A stretch of 61,916 nt of DNA, taken from an uncultured Candidatus Saccharibacteria bacterium (GTDB lineage: Bacteria; Patescibacteriota; Minisyncoccia; Phycocordibacterales; Phycocordibacteraceae). The notes beneath the pieces are model-generated. The model was given only the letters and a program-made list of their open reading frames with translations, was not told where the DNA came from and searched no databases. Both the position numbers and the translations under genes were made by a program. The stretch lies in assembly GCA_964518755.1 (NCBI GenBank), contig CAZFHH010000001.1, forward strand, positions 1 through 61,916, written 5' to 3'. This document shows, piece by piece, positions 15,330 through 24,647 of this stretch (the stretch's first letter is position 1; every line of letters starts with the position of its first letter).

Positions 15330-15584
15330 ATGGCAACAATTCAAAAAGCAATCAAAGTTGGGAGCTCGGTGGCGGCCGTTCTACCGAAAGCGCTTCTTAA
15401 GGAAACCGGAATTTCAGCCGGTATGAATATCTCTGTGGAGTATTCCGCCGGCGGAGTCCTTATTCGTCCCGTACGAAAGACAATGAAGCGCAGGGTTGCA
15501 AATGCAGACGAGCGTGTTGCGGAAACCGCTCTTTCACTCATCAATCGTTACAAAACAGTGCTTGAGCGCCTTTCCGATGCATAA
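15330..15584 (+). CDS. AbrB/SpoVT-family antitoxin (partner of Doc)
   Basis: 84 aa. N-terminal swapped-hairpin-type sequence IKVGSSVAAVLPKALLKETGISAGMNISVEY. It overlaps the toxin start by 8 nt. Confidence 0.75.
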   Translation: MATIQKAIKVGSSVAAVLPKALLKETGISAGMNISVEYSAGGVLIRPVRKTMKRRVANADERVAETALSLINRYKTVLERLSDA

Positions 15585-15978
15585 CATTGTATATCTTACG
15601 GCAGAGCAACTTGAGCTCATACATGCAGGCGTATTAGCAAAAAGTGGCGGCCTTTTCGGTACGCGCGAGCGCAATGTGCTTGTAGGTCTTGAATCATCTC
15701 CACGGCAAAGTGTGTTTGGGAAAGAACTTTATCCGACGCTATTTTTAAAAGCATCTGTGTACGCACACAGCATTATTGCATATCATCCGTTTCTTGACGG
15801 TAATAAACGTACAGGAATAATAAGTGCGTTTACATTTTTGGAATTAAATGGCTATCGTATTGTTGCGACTGACGATGAAGTGTTTACCTATGTGCTCATG
15901 ATTGCAACGGAAAATTCTGAAATTGAGCAAATTGCACAGTGGTTTAAAAAGCGAGCCGTAAAACCCAGAAAGTGCTAA
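15577..15978 (+). CDS. doc: Doc (death-on-curing) / Fic-family toxin
   Basis: 133 aa from ATG 15577. Fic/Doc motif HPFLDGNKRTG. Confidence 0.8.
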   Translation: MHNIVYLTAEQLELIHAGVLAKSGGLFGTRERNVLVGLESSPRQSVFGKELYPTLFLKASVYAHSIIAYHPFLDGNKRTGIISAFTFLELNGYRIVATDDEVFTYVLMIATENSEIEQIAQWFKKRAVKPRKC

Positions 15979-15989
15979 ACTTATAGTGT

Positions 15990-17090
15990 ATGAAGTTAGT
16001 CATAGCAACTCCTCTGTATCCTCCGGATATCGGCGGTCCGGCAACGTATGCGGCACTGTTATCAAAGGGGCTCGTTGAAAGAGGACATACCGTTTCTTTG
16101 GTGAAGTTTGGTGATGTGCGACATTTGCCAAAGGTAATTCGTCACATTGCATATTATCACCATGTCGCGCGCGCGTTGAAAAACGCAGACATGGTGCTCG
16201 CTCTTGATCCGATTTCAGTCGGGCTTCCTTCGTGCATTGCATCTCGTCGTATGAAAAAGCCGTTGGTGGTGAAAATAGTTGGTGATTATGCGTGGGAGCA
16301 GGGAAGACAGCGGTTTGGTGTGGCTATGTCATTGGACGAATTCGTGTGCACGCGACGAGTGCCATTGGCGGTTCGTTTTTTGCGTATGGTACAGACACGT
16401 GTGACTAAATCAGCCGCACTTATTATCGTTCCAAGCGAATATCTAAAAAAGATTGTGGGCACATGGGGAATAACAGATAACCGTATGCTGGTTATTTATA
16501 ATGCGGTATCGGGTGGTGAAAAAAGTACAGTACCAGAAGCGGTCGCGGCTCTGCCGCGACCGCTTCTGGTCTCATCCGGACGCCTTGTCCCATGGAAACA
16601 TATGGATGGAATTATCAATGCGGTTGCGTTGTTGCGCAAGCGCGGTGTGCATATCTCTCTTGTCATTGCAGGCGACGGTGGTGAGCGCTCATCTCTTGAA
16701 AGCCTTGCAAAGGAAACACTCAAGAACGATTATTATTTTACAGGCGCTATTGCGCATGCGGACTTGCTCGCCACGCTTGCCGTTTCCGCCGTGTTTGTGC
16801 TTAACTCATCATACGAAGGACTTTCTCATACTCTTATTGAAGCTCTCTCGTGTGCGGTGCCGATTATCGCAACGCGCGTGGGTGGAAATGAAGAAGTGCT
16901 TTCCGGATATTCCGGAGGTGTGTTCATATCGGAAAATAACACAAACGAGCTCGCCGATGCAATTGAACGCATAGTGAAAGAAAAAGAATCCCGCGCACGA
17001 TTGCAAGCCGATGCTTCAAAATCAATAAAGCGTTTTTCGCAAGACACCATGTCCGAGGATACGATTTCCGCTCTCTTGAAATTGCTATGA
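15990..17090 (+). CDS. Glycosyltransferase family 4 (GT-B)
   Basis: 366 aa. C-terminal EGLSHTLIEALSCAVPIIATRVGGNEEV (E-x7-E region). Confidence 0.8.
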   Translation: MKLVIATPLYPPDIGGPATYAALLSKGLVERGHTVSLVKFGDVRHLPKVIRHIAYYHHVARALKNADMVLALDPISVGLPSCIASRRMKKPLVVKIVGDYAWEQGRQRFGVAMSLDEFVCTRRVPLAVRFLRMVQTRVTKSAALIIVPSEYLKKIVGTWGITDNRMLVIYNAVSGGEKSTVPEAVAALPRPLLVSSGRLVPWKHMDGIINAVALLRKRGVHISLVIAGDGGERSSLESLAKETLKNDYYFTGAIAHADLLATLAVSAVFVLNSSYEGLSHTLIEALSCAVPIIATRVGGNEEVLSGYSGGVFISENNTNELADAIERIVKEKESRARLQADASKSIKRFSQDTMSEDTISALLKLL

Positions 17091-18235
17091 GGGCGCTTTT
17101 CATATCAAACGACCCGACTATTTTTGATATGCAAAGTGCGACGCACTCGCGCATGAAAACCTATGCCAATGCCATAGGTGAATTGCACATTCTTTCCCGA
17201 GCGATGCAACATACGGAAGTGCAAGACGGAAATTTGTATTTGCATGGGTTGCGCCCACTGCCAACAATCATCGGGCGCGCGCTGTTTTTCTATACGCTCC
17301 TTCGCCATGCCCGAGCACTGGTGCGCCGACACCGCATTGAAGTGGTGTCGGCGCAAGACCCTTTTGAAAATGGGTGGGTTGCCATGCGCGCCGTTAATGG
17401 AACGTCGGCAAAATTACACATACAAATACACACAGATTTTCTCTCATCATTTTTCACGATCGGCTCTTTTAAAAACAAAGTGCGCATACGCATTGCCAAT
17501 GCTGTCATCCCGAAAGCCGATGGCATTCGGGTTGTCTCTCGGCGTATAAAGCGTGCACTTATTGAACGTTATGGAAAGAGTATTCCAAGTCCGACAGTTA
17601 TACCCATTGCTGTCCTTGCGCCCACTTCTGTTCGCACCACACAATCACACTATCCGCCACTGCCAAAATTTCCTTTCACGTTTGCGCTTATGGCAGTGGG
17701 AAGACTGGAGAAAGAAAAGCGTCTTGGTGATGCCATTGCCGTTGTGGCAAAGTTAGTGCAGAGAAAATATCCGGTTGGGCTTTTGATTGTCGGAGAGGGC
17801 AGTCAGCACAAAACACTCACACATATTGCCAATGCGCTTGGCATAAAAGACCGAATCATCTTTCTTGGAAACCGCTCTGATGTGCCAGAGTTGTTAAAAA
17901 ATACCGCGCAGGCATTCATTCAAACAAGCGCATATGAGGGATATGGGCGAACATATATTGAGGCCGCACTTTCCGGTGCACCGATGGTTGTAACCGATGC
18001 CGGAATTATCAATGATGTATTCGTACACGATTATTCATCGCTTGTGTGTCCTGTGGGAGATGTTGAGTGCCTTTCCAAGCACGTTGCGAATCTTATTGAA
18101 GACATGGTACTGCGACATCAGCTTAGCAGTTGTGCACAGGTAGTCGTACAACAATATATCGCTTCTTCCGGAAATATTCCAAACCGCATCGCCGAAGACT
18201 TGGACAAAACCATTTCGCGCTTACGAGAGTTATAG
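17087..18235 (+). CDS. Glycosyltransferase family 4 (GT-B)
   Basis: 382 aa. EGYGRTYIEAALSGAPMVVTDAG. ATGA overlap with the previous gene. Confidence 0.75.
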   Translation: MRALFISNDPTIFDMQSATHSRMKTYANAIGELHILSRAMQHTEVQDGNLYLHGLRPLPTIIGRALFFYTLLRHARALVRRHRIEVVSAQDPFENGWVAMRAVNGTSAKLHIQIHTDFLSSFFTIGSFKNKVRIRIANAVIPKADGIRVVSRRIKRALIERYGKSIPSPTVIPIAVLAPTSVRTTQSHYPPLPKFPFTFALMAVGRLEKEKRLGDAIAVVAKLVQRKYPVGLLIVGEGSQHKTLTHIANALGIKDRIIFLGNRSDVPELLKNTAQAFIQTSAYEGYGRTYIEAALSGAPMVVTDAGIINDVFVHDYSSLVCPVGDVECLSKHVANLIEDMVLRHQLSSCAQVVVQQYIASSGNIPNRIAEDLDKTISRLREL

Positions 18236-18285
18236 TTTTTAATGCTTACTAAAACCGTCTAATGACAGATACCTTAACAACGCAT

Positions 18286-18338
18286 GTAACTCCCGGCATA
18301 AATCGGACATCCGATGTCCGATTTATGCCGGGAGTTAC
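18286..18338. repeat. 53-nt perfect hairpin (25-bp stem) with CGGACAT-CCG-ATGTCCG core
   Basis: GTAACTCCCGGCATAAATCGGACAT ccg ATGTCCGATTTATGCCGGGAGTTAC. The core recurs at 48646-48674 and, degenerate, at 49081-49104. Confidence 0.85.
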
Positions 18339-18349
18339 GCACCACTTCC

Positions 18350-19321
18350 ATGCATAAAAATAAAAGCATCGTCACTCTTGGTGGAGGCACCGGCACTTTT
18401 GTGGTGCTTTCGGGGTTCCGCGGTATGTCGGAGATAGATTTAACCGCCATCGTTTCTTCTGCAGATGATGGTGGCTCAACTGGTCGTTTGCGCGATGCGT
18501 ACGGCATGTTGCCTCCCGGAGATGCGAGGCAAGCGCTCGTGGCGCTTGCCTCGCACGACTCCATGCTTCGCCAACTATTCGCCCATCGTTTTTCAAAAGG
18601 AGATATCGCGGGACATAGTCTCGGAAATCTTTTCATCACGGCGTTGACCGAACTGCTCGGCTCCGATGATTCCGCACTCAAGGAAGCATCTCGTATTTTG
18701 CGTGTAAGCGGAAAAGTGCTCTCAGTGTCAAAGCGCGCCACACACCTGCATGCAATTCTTAAAGACAAAACGGAACTTTTAGGTGAGCACATAATAGATA
18801 TGCGTACAATCGGACGCTCTCCCATTGAAGCGTTGAAACTTTCCAAGAGGGTTACAATTTCTGCAGACGCACGTCATGCAATTATGAACGCTGATTACAT
18901 TGTGCTTGGCCCCGGTGATTTATATACGTCAACAATTGCAACCCTGCTTCCTTCGGGTGTTTCAAACGCGCTCGCACACACAAAGGCAAAACTATTCTAT
19001 GTGATGAATTTATTTACGAAAGCCGGGCAAACGGAAGGGTATACAGCAACGGCACACGTGCGCGAGATTGAGCGTTACACAACTCGCCCCATTGATGCTA
19101 TAGTTATCCACAAGAACGGGTTGCCAAAACGTGCTTGTTCTTTGTACGCAAAAGAGGGCGAATTTCCGGTGGAGGATGATTTCGGAAATGATACGCGAGT
19201 ACATCGTGTGCCACTGATTTCCGTTACGCTTGTAAAAGCGGTTCCGGAGGACCCAGTTCCTCGTTCATTGGTGCGCCATGATGTTCACAAACTTGCCGAT
19301 GCACTAACAAAACTTTTATGA
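18350..19321 (+). CDS. YvcK/CofD-family protein (UPF0052, gluconeogenesis factor-like)
   Basis: IVTLGGGTGTFVVLSGFRG and SSADDGGSTGRLRD motifs. I use ATG 18350 because the upstream ATG 18314 lies inside the hairpin. Confidence 0.8.
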   Translation: MHKNKSIVTLGGGTGTFVVLSGFRGMSEIDLTAIVSSADDGGSTGRLRDAYGMLPPGDARQALVALASHDSMLRQLFAHRFSKGDIAGHSLGNLFITALTELLGSDDSALKEASRILRVSGKVLSVSKRATHLHAILKDKTELLGEHIIDMRTIGRSPIEALKLSKRVTISADARHAIMNADYIVLGPGDLYTSTIATLLPSGVSNALAHTKAKLFYVMNLFTKAGQTEGYTATAHVREIERYTTRPIDAIVIHKNGLPKRACSLYAKEGEFPVEDDFGNDTRVHRVPLISVTLVKAVPEDPVPRSLVRHDVHKLADALTKLL

Positions 19322-19842
19322 TATATTTTCTTGATTTTGACAGAACACTTTTTGATACGCAGGCATTCGCACAATATCTGTACGTACGTGATGATACGGG
19401 AAAAATTCTGGAACAGTGTGCATATAAAGACATTGCAAAAACACTTGTTCCTTTTGTTGAATCCGGAGAAGTGACATTTGCTCCCGGGGAGCTTGGAAAA
19501 TTCGTATATTCTGACGTTCATGAGTTTTTGCGTATGACAGGCAGTGGGTCCATTATTGTAACGTATGGCGCCGTTTTGTTTCAAAAGGTGAAGGTAGATA
19601 GCGCACTTTTTGGTATCCCAAGAGTTTCTGTGCGCTACACCGGCGAAATGCAGAAAGGTCCGTTTCTCTCCAAGCATATTGAAAACTATTCCGGAAAGAA
19701 ATTGTTTGTGGATGATAATCCAAATGTGCTTGAGAGTGTTTCTGCACATTGCCCAGATATTGACACATATGAGATACGTCGCGACGGAAAGACGGGCGAT
19801 GGAAGATGGAAAGTTATTGATTCGCTCAATGAGCTTCCGTAG
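19318..19842 (+). CDS. HAD-superfamily hydrolase-like protein
   Basis: 174 aa. Motif I FLDFDRTLFDT and late acidic motif FVDDNPN. Confidence 0.55.
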   Translation: MIYFLDFDRTLFDTQAFAQYLYVRDDTGKILEQCAYKDIAKTLVPFVESGEVTFAPGELGKFVYSDVHEFLRMTGSGSIIVTYGAVLFQKVKVDSALFGIPRVSVRYTGEMQKGPFLSKHIENYSGKKLFVDDNPNVLESVSAHCPDIDTYEIRRDGKTGDGRWKVIDSLNELP

Positions 19843-19852
19843 CCCGGCCCAC

Positions 19853-19889
19853 CCCCGCCCCTGAGGCGCTCATCGCCTCAGGGGCGGGG
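19853..19889 (+). terminator. GC-rich hairpin terminator
   Basis: CCCCGCCCCTGAGGCG / CGCCTCAGGGGCGGGG form 16-bp arms, 11 nt after the stop. Confidence 0.6.
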
Positions 19890-19934
19890 TCAACGGGGAT
19901 TACATTTGTAGCCCAATTGTGCTACATTTAACCT

Positions 19935-20213
19935 ATGACTAAAACCGCAATTGTTCGCGCGCGAATTGAACCCTCCGTAAAAGAAAAGGCGGAAAAGGTA
20001 TTGCGCAAGATAGGGTTGACACCCTCACAGGCAATTAGTGTTTTTTATCATCGTGTTGCCGTTGAGAAGACAATGCCGTTTTCACTTCACATTCCAAACG
20101 CGCGCACGCGCGCGACAATCCGCGCCGGAGAGCGCGGAGAGGGGACCCGCGTTTCTCTTGATGGATTTATTAAAGAGGTGCTCAAGGATGGCAAAGATGA
20201 TAAAACAATATAG
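19935..20213 (+). CDS. RelB/DinJ-family antitoxin
   Basis: 92 aa. VRARIEPSVKEKAEKVLRKIGLTPSQAISVFYHRV...MPF is a typical DinJ ribbon-helix-helix N-terminus. Confidence 0.8.
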   Translation: MTKTAIVRARIEPSVKEKAEKVLRKIGLTPSQAISVFYHRVAVEKTMPFSLHIPNARTRATIRAGERGEGTRVSLDGFIKEVLKDGKDDKTI

Positions 20214-20218
20214 CCATA

Positions 20219-20488
20219 ATGCGTGATGTAGTATATCTTTCCGCCCTTAAGAAAGACCAAGTGCGTATGGTGCGTCGTGGGAAAGACGTTCAAAAACTTA
20301 TTGATGCGGTCATACTTCTTGTTGTAAAAGGGTCTCTTCCAAATCGTTATCGTGCACATAAATTGTCGGGTGAGTATCTTGGGTGCTGGGAGTGTCATTT
20401 AGAGTCAGATTGGCTTCTTGTGTATGCGCTTACCAATGATGCGGTTGTTGTGTATTGCACGGGAACGCATGCAGATCTTTTTGAATAA
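20219..20488 (+). CDS. YafQ/RelE-family mRNA interferase toxin
   Basis: 89 aa. ...HKLSGEYLGCWECHLESDWLLVY...TGTHADLF matches the YafQ family pattern. Confidence 0.8.
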   Translation: MRDVVYLSALKKDQVRMVRRGKDVQKLIDAVILLVVKGSLPNRYRAHKLSGEYLGCWECHLESDWLLVYALTNDAVVVYCTGTHADLFE

Positions 20489-20490
20489 GA

Positions 20491-20496
20491 TATAAT
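20491..20496 (+). promoter_or_regulatory. TATAAT box 8 nt upstream of the ATG of the glycosyltransferase 5' fragment
   Basis: GATATAATTTTACATTATG. It probably now drives the NYN cassette. Confidence 0.4.
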
Positions 20497-20504
20497 TTTA
20501 CATT

Positions 20505-20609
20505 ATGGAGCGTTACAATCTTAAAAAGAAAATACTCATCGTCACTCAAGCAATAGACGCCGACGACCATGTGCCTCCAGCCCCTGGTTACTGTAGAATA
20601 GTGATATGA
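20505..20609 (+). pseudogene. Orphaned 5' fragment of a glycosyltransferase gene (34 codons)
   Basis: Encodes MERYNLKKKILIVTQAIDADD... . nt 20533-20568 are identical to 21193-21228 in the intact GT gene. Its TGA overlaps the NYN ATG (ATGA). Confidence 0.6.
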
Positions 20610-21127
20610 AAAAATTACAGAGTAACTACGCGTTTATTGATAGCCAAAATGTAAACTTGGCAATCCGTGCCCAGGGGTGGAGGCTGGACTGGAAACGCTT
20701 TCGCGTATATTTGCGTGAGAAATATGGTGTCAGCAAGGCGTATTTATTCATTGGATATGTTGAGGCGAATAATTCATTGTATACTACACTGCAAGATGCC
20801 GGGTTCTTGTGTGTATTCAAGCCAACACTTACTTACAAAGATGGGACAACAAAGGGAAATTGCGACGCCGAGCTGGTTCTACAGGCAATGATTGAATATG
20901 TACATTTCAAAAAGGCGGTTATTGTAACCGGTGATGGGGACTTCTATTGCTTGGTGAGATATCTTATAGATCAAGAAAAACTTGAAGCCATTCTCATTCC
21001 AAGCCGCCTACACTTCTCGGCGCTCTTAAAATTTAATACTGTTAAACCATTCCTACGTTTTATGAATGATTTGGAAAATAAACTCTCTTATAAAAAGAAG
21101 AATCCCCACAAGGACAAAACCTTGTAG
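20606..21127 (+). CDS. NYN/LabA-like (PIN-fold) domain protein
   Basis: 173 aa. AFIDSQNV...GNCDAELVLQAM...VIVTGDGDFYCLVRYL is the typical NYN acidic-residue pattern. Confidence 0.75.
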   Translation: MKKLQSNYAFIDSQNVNLAIRAQGWRLDWKRFRVYLREKYGVSKAYLFIGYVEANNSLYTTLQDAGFLCVFKPTLTYKDGTTKGNCDAELVLQAMIEYVHFKKAVIVTGDGDFYCLVRYLIDQEKLEAILIPSRLHFSALLKFNTVKPFLRFMNDLENKLSYKKKNPHKDKTL

Positions 21128-21155
21128 GGGTTGCTCTTCCATTCGTAATATTTTT

Positions 21156-22232
21156 ATGCTATCAAATACCAATAACTTGTCAAGCACGCGCCTACTCATC
21201 GTCACTCAAGCAATAGACGCCGACGACCCGATACTCGGATTTTTTGTACGTTGGGTGGAGGAGTTTTCAAAACATGCACAGAGTGTGGAAGTCATTTGCT
21301 TGCGAGAAGGGAAGCATAATTTGCCGGGAAATGTGCACGTGCATTCGCTTGGAAAAGAGCGCGAAGCGCAACACACAGCGCCGAGCTACGCTCGGCGCTG
21401 TGTGTTGCGCACTACATACGCATTTCGTTTTCTCTCTCTTACCTGGCGCTTGCGCCACAATTACGACACAGTGTTTGTGCATATGAATCAAGAGTATATT
21501 CTAATCGCCGGCTGGTTATGGCGTTTGCTCGGGAAGCGCGTGTATATGTGGCGCAATCATTATGCGGGTTCGTTTCTAACAGATATCGCCGCAACATATT
21601 GTGCAAAGGTGTTTTGCACTTCAAAACACTCATACACCGTAAAATATAAAAAAACAGTTCTTATGCCGGTTGGCGTAGACACACAACGATTCAATATAAA
21701 CTCATCCGTATATCGTGTACCGCGTTCAATCCTATTCCTTTCACGCATGGCACCCTCTAAGCGTGTAGAAATATTTATTGATGCCCTGGAAATACTGGCA
21801 AGAGACAATATCAAATTCACAGCAGATATCGTCGGTTCACCACAGCATGAGCACAATACATATTATGCGAATTTAAAAGAAAAAGTACGCACATCAGCAT
21901 TTGTGAGCCAAGTCAATTTTATTCATGGCGTATCACACAGCGAAACACCCGATATATACCGCAAACACGCTGTTTTCATAAACACATCACCTTCCGGAAT
22001 GTTTGATAAAACACTATTTGAAGCTGCGGCTTGCGGAGCTCATGTGCTTTGTACAAGTGATGATTTTTCCGCTATGGCTGGACAAGGCACTCACTTTGAC
22101 TCCAGCGAGTCGCTTGCGGAGCACCTCAAAGCAGTTCTTAATGGTAAAACGGTATTCTCGCTTGATAATGTGGTGCAAAAACAATCACTCGTTGCGCTCG
22201 CCAATAAATTTTTTAGTGAAATCTCAACATGA
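21156..22232 (+). CDS. Glycosyltransferase (GT-B, GT4-like)
   Basis: 358 aa from ATG 21156 (MLSNTNNLSSTRLLIVTQAIDADDPILGFF...). C-terminal MFDKTLFEAAACGAHVL. Confidence 0.7.
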   Translation: MLSNTNNLSSTRLLIVTQAIDADDPILGFFVRWVEEFSKHAQSVEVICLREGKHNLPGNVHVHSLGKEREAQHTAPSYARRCVLRTTYAFRFLSLTWRLRHNYDTVFVHMNQEYILIAGWLWRLLGKRVYMWRNHYAGSFLTDIAATYCAKVFCTSKHSYTVKYKKTVLMPVGVDTQRFNINSSVYRVPRSILFLSRMAPSKRVEIFIDALEILARDNIKFTADIVGSPQHEHNTYYANLKEKVRTSAFVSQVNFIHGVSHSETPDIYRKHAVFINTSPSGMFDKTLFEAAACGAHVLCTSDDFSAMAGQGTHFDSSESLAEHLKAVLNGKTVFSLDNVVQKQSLVALANKFFSEIST

Positions 22233-22912
22233 AGCCAAAACATAACATCCTAAAAGAAGTTTTTGCCGGGAAAACGCTTACAAGAATTCTCATGAATTCT
22301 AATTTATCGGCGGAGACCTTGAAAGGGCGCGTTGTTGACATAGGTGGCGGGCGTAATCCTGATTATTTCGAATATTTCAAAAAAGGAAGCGATGTTCAAA
22401 TAGAACCTCTTGACGGTTCATTGTCCGGAATTGATTTTGAGATAGACATATTGCCATACTCAGATGATTCCATAGATACTGTTATCGCATGTAATGTGCT
22501 TGAACATGTGTACAACCATAAGTTTCTTTTAAATGAAATGTCACGAATTTTGAAACCAAAAACAGGAAGAATTATCGGATTCGTTCCGTTTTGGGTTGGG
22601 TATCATCCGGATCCGCACGATTACTTTCGTTATACGAGCGAAGCGCTTGGGCGACTTCTGAGTGAATCTAATTTTACAGACATTAATATTAGCGCTATTG
22701 GTGGGGGTCCGGTAATTGCAAATTATAATACGATAGTTCTTTCTGTACCACGCATAATACGTCCGCTGTTGTACCTTTTGTACGCGCCGTTGGACAGACT
22801 CTTTCTTTTCCTTCGCCCACAAAGCGCCAAGCGTAATCCGCTGGGATTTATATTCTCTGCAACTAAAACAACGAAATATAAAATTAAAACTTCCTGTATC
22901 AATGGAATATAA
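22229..22912 (+). CDS. Class I SAM-dependent methyltransferase
   Basis: 227 aa. Motif I VVDIGGGRNP and later ACNVLEHV...LKPKTGRI (Methyltransf_11-like). Confidence 0.75.
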   Translation: MKPKHNILKEVFAGKTLTRILMNSNLSAETLKGRVVDIGGGRNPDYFEYFKKGSDVQIEPLDGSLSGIDFEIDILPYSDDSIDTVIACNVLEHVYNHKFLLNEMSRILKPKTGRIIGFVPFWVGYHPDPHDYFRYTSEALGRLLSESNFTDINISAIGGGPVIANYNTIVLSVPRIIRPLLYLLYAPLDRLFLFLRPQSAKRNPLGFIFSATKTTKYKIKTSCINGI

Positions 22913-22940
22913 TAAATACAAAATATAAGTCAATAAAATT

Positions 22941-24053
22941 ATGAATATTTTATATATAGCAAATATACGTCTGCCAACCGAGAAAGCGCACGGAATTCAG
23001 ATAATGAAAACGTGTGAAGCGTTCGCTCGTGCGGGACACACCGTGGAGCTTGTTGTGCCGACACGTCACACGCCAATTGCCGACGATGCGTTTACGTATT
23101 ACGGGGTTGAGAAGATATTTAAAATCACAACACTGCCTGTGCCGGACTGGGTACGTTTTGGGAAAATTGGTTTCCTCTCCTCATTGCTCATTTTTTCTGA
23201 GCGTGCGCATTTTATGCCGAGTTTTTGGTCTGCAGATATAATCTATTCGCGCGATGCACTTGTGCTTGCACAATATACGCTCCTTGGACGTAAGTTTATT
23301 TTTGAATCGCATACCAAGCCGTCAGGCCCGGCGCGCCTTGTGGCGCGCCGGGCCTACAGAGTTGTTGTTATCTCAAGGGCCCTTCGTGAAGAATATGTGT
23401 TAGCAGGTGTCCAGCCGGGAAAAATCATTGTGGCGCCGGACGCAGTGGACGCACATTTGTTTGACGGTGTGTTGGCACGCGAGACCGAGCGCGAAGCGCT
23501 AGGCCTCGCGTGCCATGAAAAAGCCGTTGTATACACAGGACATCTATACGCACACAAGGGCGCATATACCCTTGCGAGCTCAGCGATACATTTACCAAGC
23601 GTGCAATTTTACTTTGTGGGCGGAACAGAAAAAGATATCGCACAATTTCGTGCGCGGTGGGGAAGTGAGAAAAATATACACATTATAGGTCATGTATCGC
23701 ACGCGCAGGTGCCACAATATCTGCGTTCCGCAGACATATTAGTTATCCCAAACTCCGCAACCAATCAAGACGCAAAACTCTATACGTCACCGATGAAGTT
23801 ATTTGAATATATGGCAAGTGGTACTCCGATTGTTGCTGCCGATGTGCCATCAATAAAAGAAATACTAACAGATAAAGATGCAACATTTTTTACACCGGAC
23901 GATGTGCACTCGTTGGCAGAAGCAATAGCAGCGGTTTTTTCTAACGAAAAAACCGCCCAAGAAAAAGCGCAAAATGCACGACAGAAGGCAAAAAGATATA
24001 CTTGGGATAAGCGTGTCGAGGATATCGGTGTGGTTTTGCGAAATACTTTTTAA
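22941..24053 (+). CDS. Glycosyltransferase family 4
   Basis: 370 aa. N-terminal MNILYIANIRLPTEKAHGIQIMK. C-terminal SPMKLFEYMASGTPIVAADVPSIKEIL. Confidence 0.8.
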   Translation: MNILYIANIRLPTEKAHGIQIMKTCEAFARAGHTVELVVPTRHTPIADDAFTYYGVEKIFKITTLPVPDWVRFGKIGFLSSLLIFSERAHFMPSFWSADIIYSRDALVLAQYTLLGRKFIFESHTKPSGPARLVARRAYRVVVISRALREEYVLAGVQPGKIIVAPDAVDAHLFDGVLARETEREALGLACHEKAVVYTGHLYAHKGAYTLASSAIHLPSVQFYFVGGTEKDIAQFRARWGSEKNIHIIGHVSHAQVPQYLRSADILVIPNSATNQDAKLYTSPMKLFEYMASGTPIVAADVPSIKEILTDKDATFFTPDDVHSLAEAIAAVFSNEKTAQEKAQNARQKAKRYTWDKRVEDIGVVLRNTF

Positions 24054-24072
24054 GTTGAAGAAACATAAGAAT

Positions 24073-24627
24073 ATGATAACCAAAGATATAACAGAGAACT
24101 CAACTGCTCCCCCAAAAGGTAAGGTTATTTGGTTTACCGGCTTGTCAGGCTCCGGCAAAAGCACCTTGGCAAACGAAGTTGCAAAGTATTTAAAAAGCAA
24201 AAATATAAGACATGAAATCCTTGACGGGGATTCTCTTAGAGAAAATGTAACAGCGTACCTTGGTTTTTGTAAAGAGGATAGAATAAAAAATCTTCAGATT
24301 GCAGGATTTGTTGCTCAGAAACTGTCTGAACACGGAGTTGTGGTGCTGGCTTCATTTATTTCGCCATATGCCGAACAGCGCCACAAATTAAAGAGTCAAA
24401 TTAAAAATTTTGTAGAGGTATACACAAACTCCACACTGGAAACTTGTAAAAAAAGAGATGTAAAAGGGCTGTACAAAAAAGTTGCCGATGGCAAAATAAA
24501 AGCTTTTACAGGTGTTGACGATCCGTATCAAGTGCCTGGAAATCCGGATATTGAAATCAAAACAGATTTATTATCAATAGAGCAGTCAGTACAGAAAGTT
24601 ATTGAGTTTTTAGAGCGCGAGCAGTAG
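24073..24627 (+). CDS. cysC: Adenylyl-sulfate (APS) kinase
   Basis: 184 aa from ATG 24073. VIWFTGLSGSGKSTLA P-loop, LDGDSLR, FISPY. Lower GC than the upstream genes. Confidence 0.85.
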   Translation: MITKDITENSTAPPKGKVIWFTGLSGSGKSTLANEVAKYLKSKNIRHEILDGDSLRENVTAYLGFCKEDRIKNLQIAGFVAQKLSEHGVVVLASFISPYAEQRHKLKSQIKNFVEVYTNSTLETCKKRDVKGLYKKVADGKIKAFTGVDDPYQVPGNPDIEIKTDLLSIEQSVQKVIEFLEREQ

Positions 24628-24647
24628 AGCTGTCTGTATTATTTATA

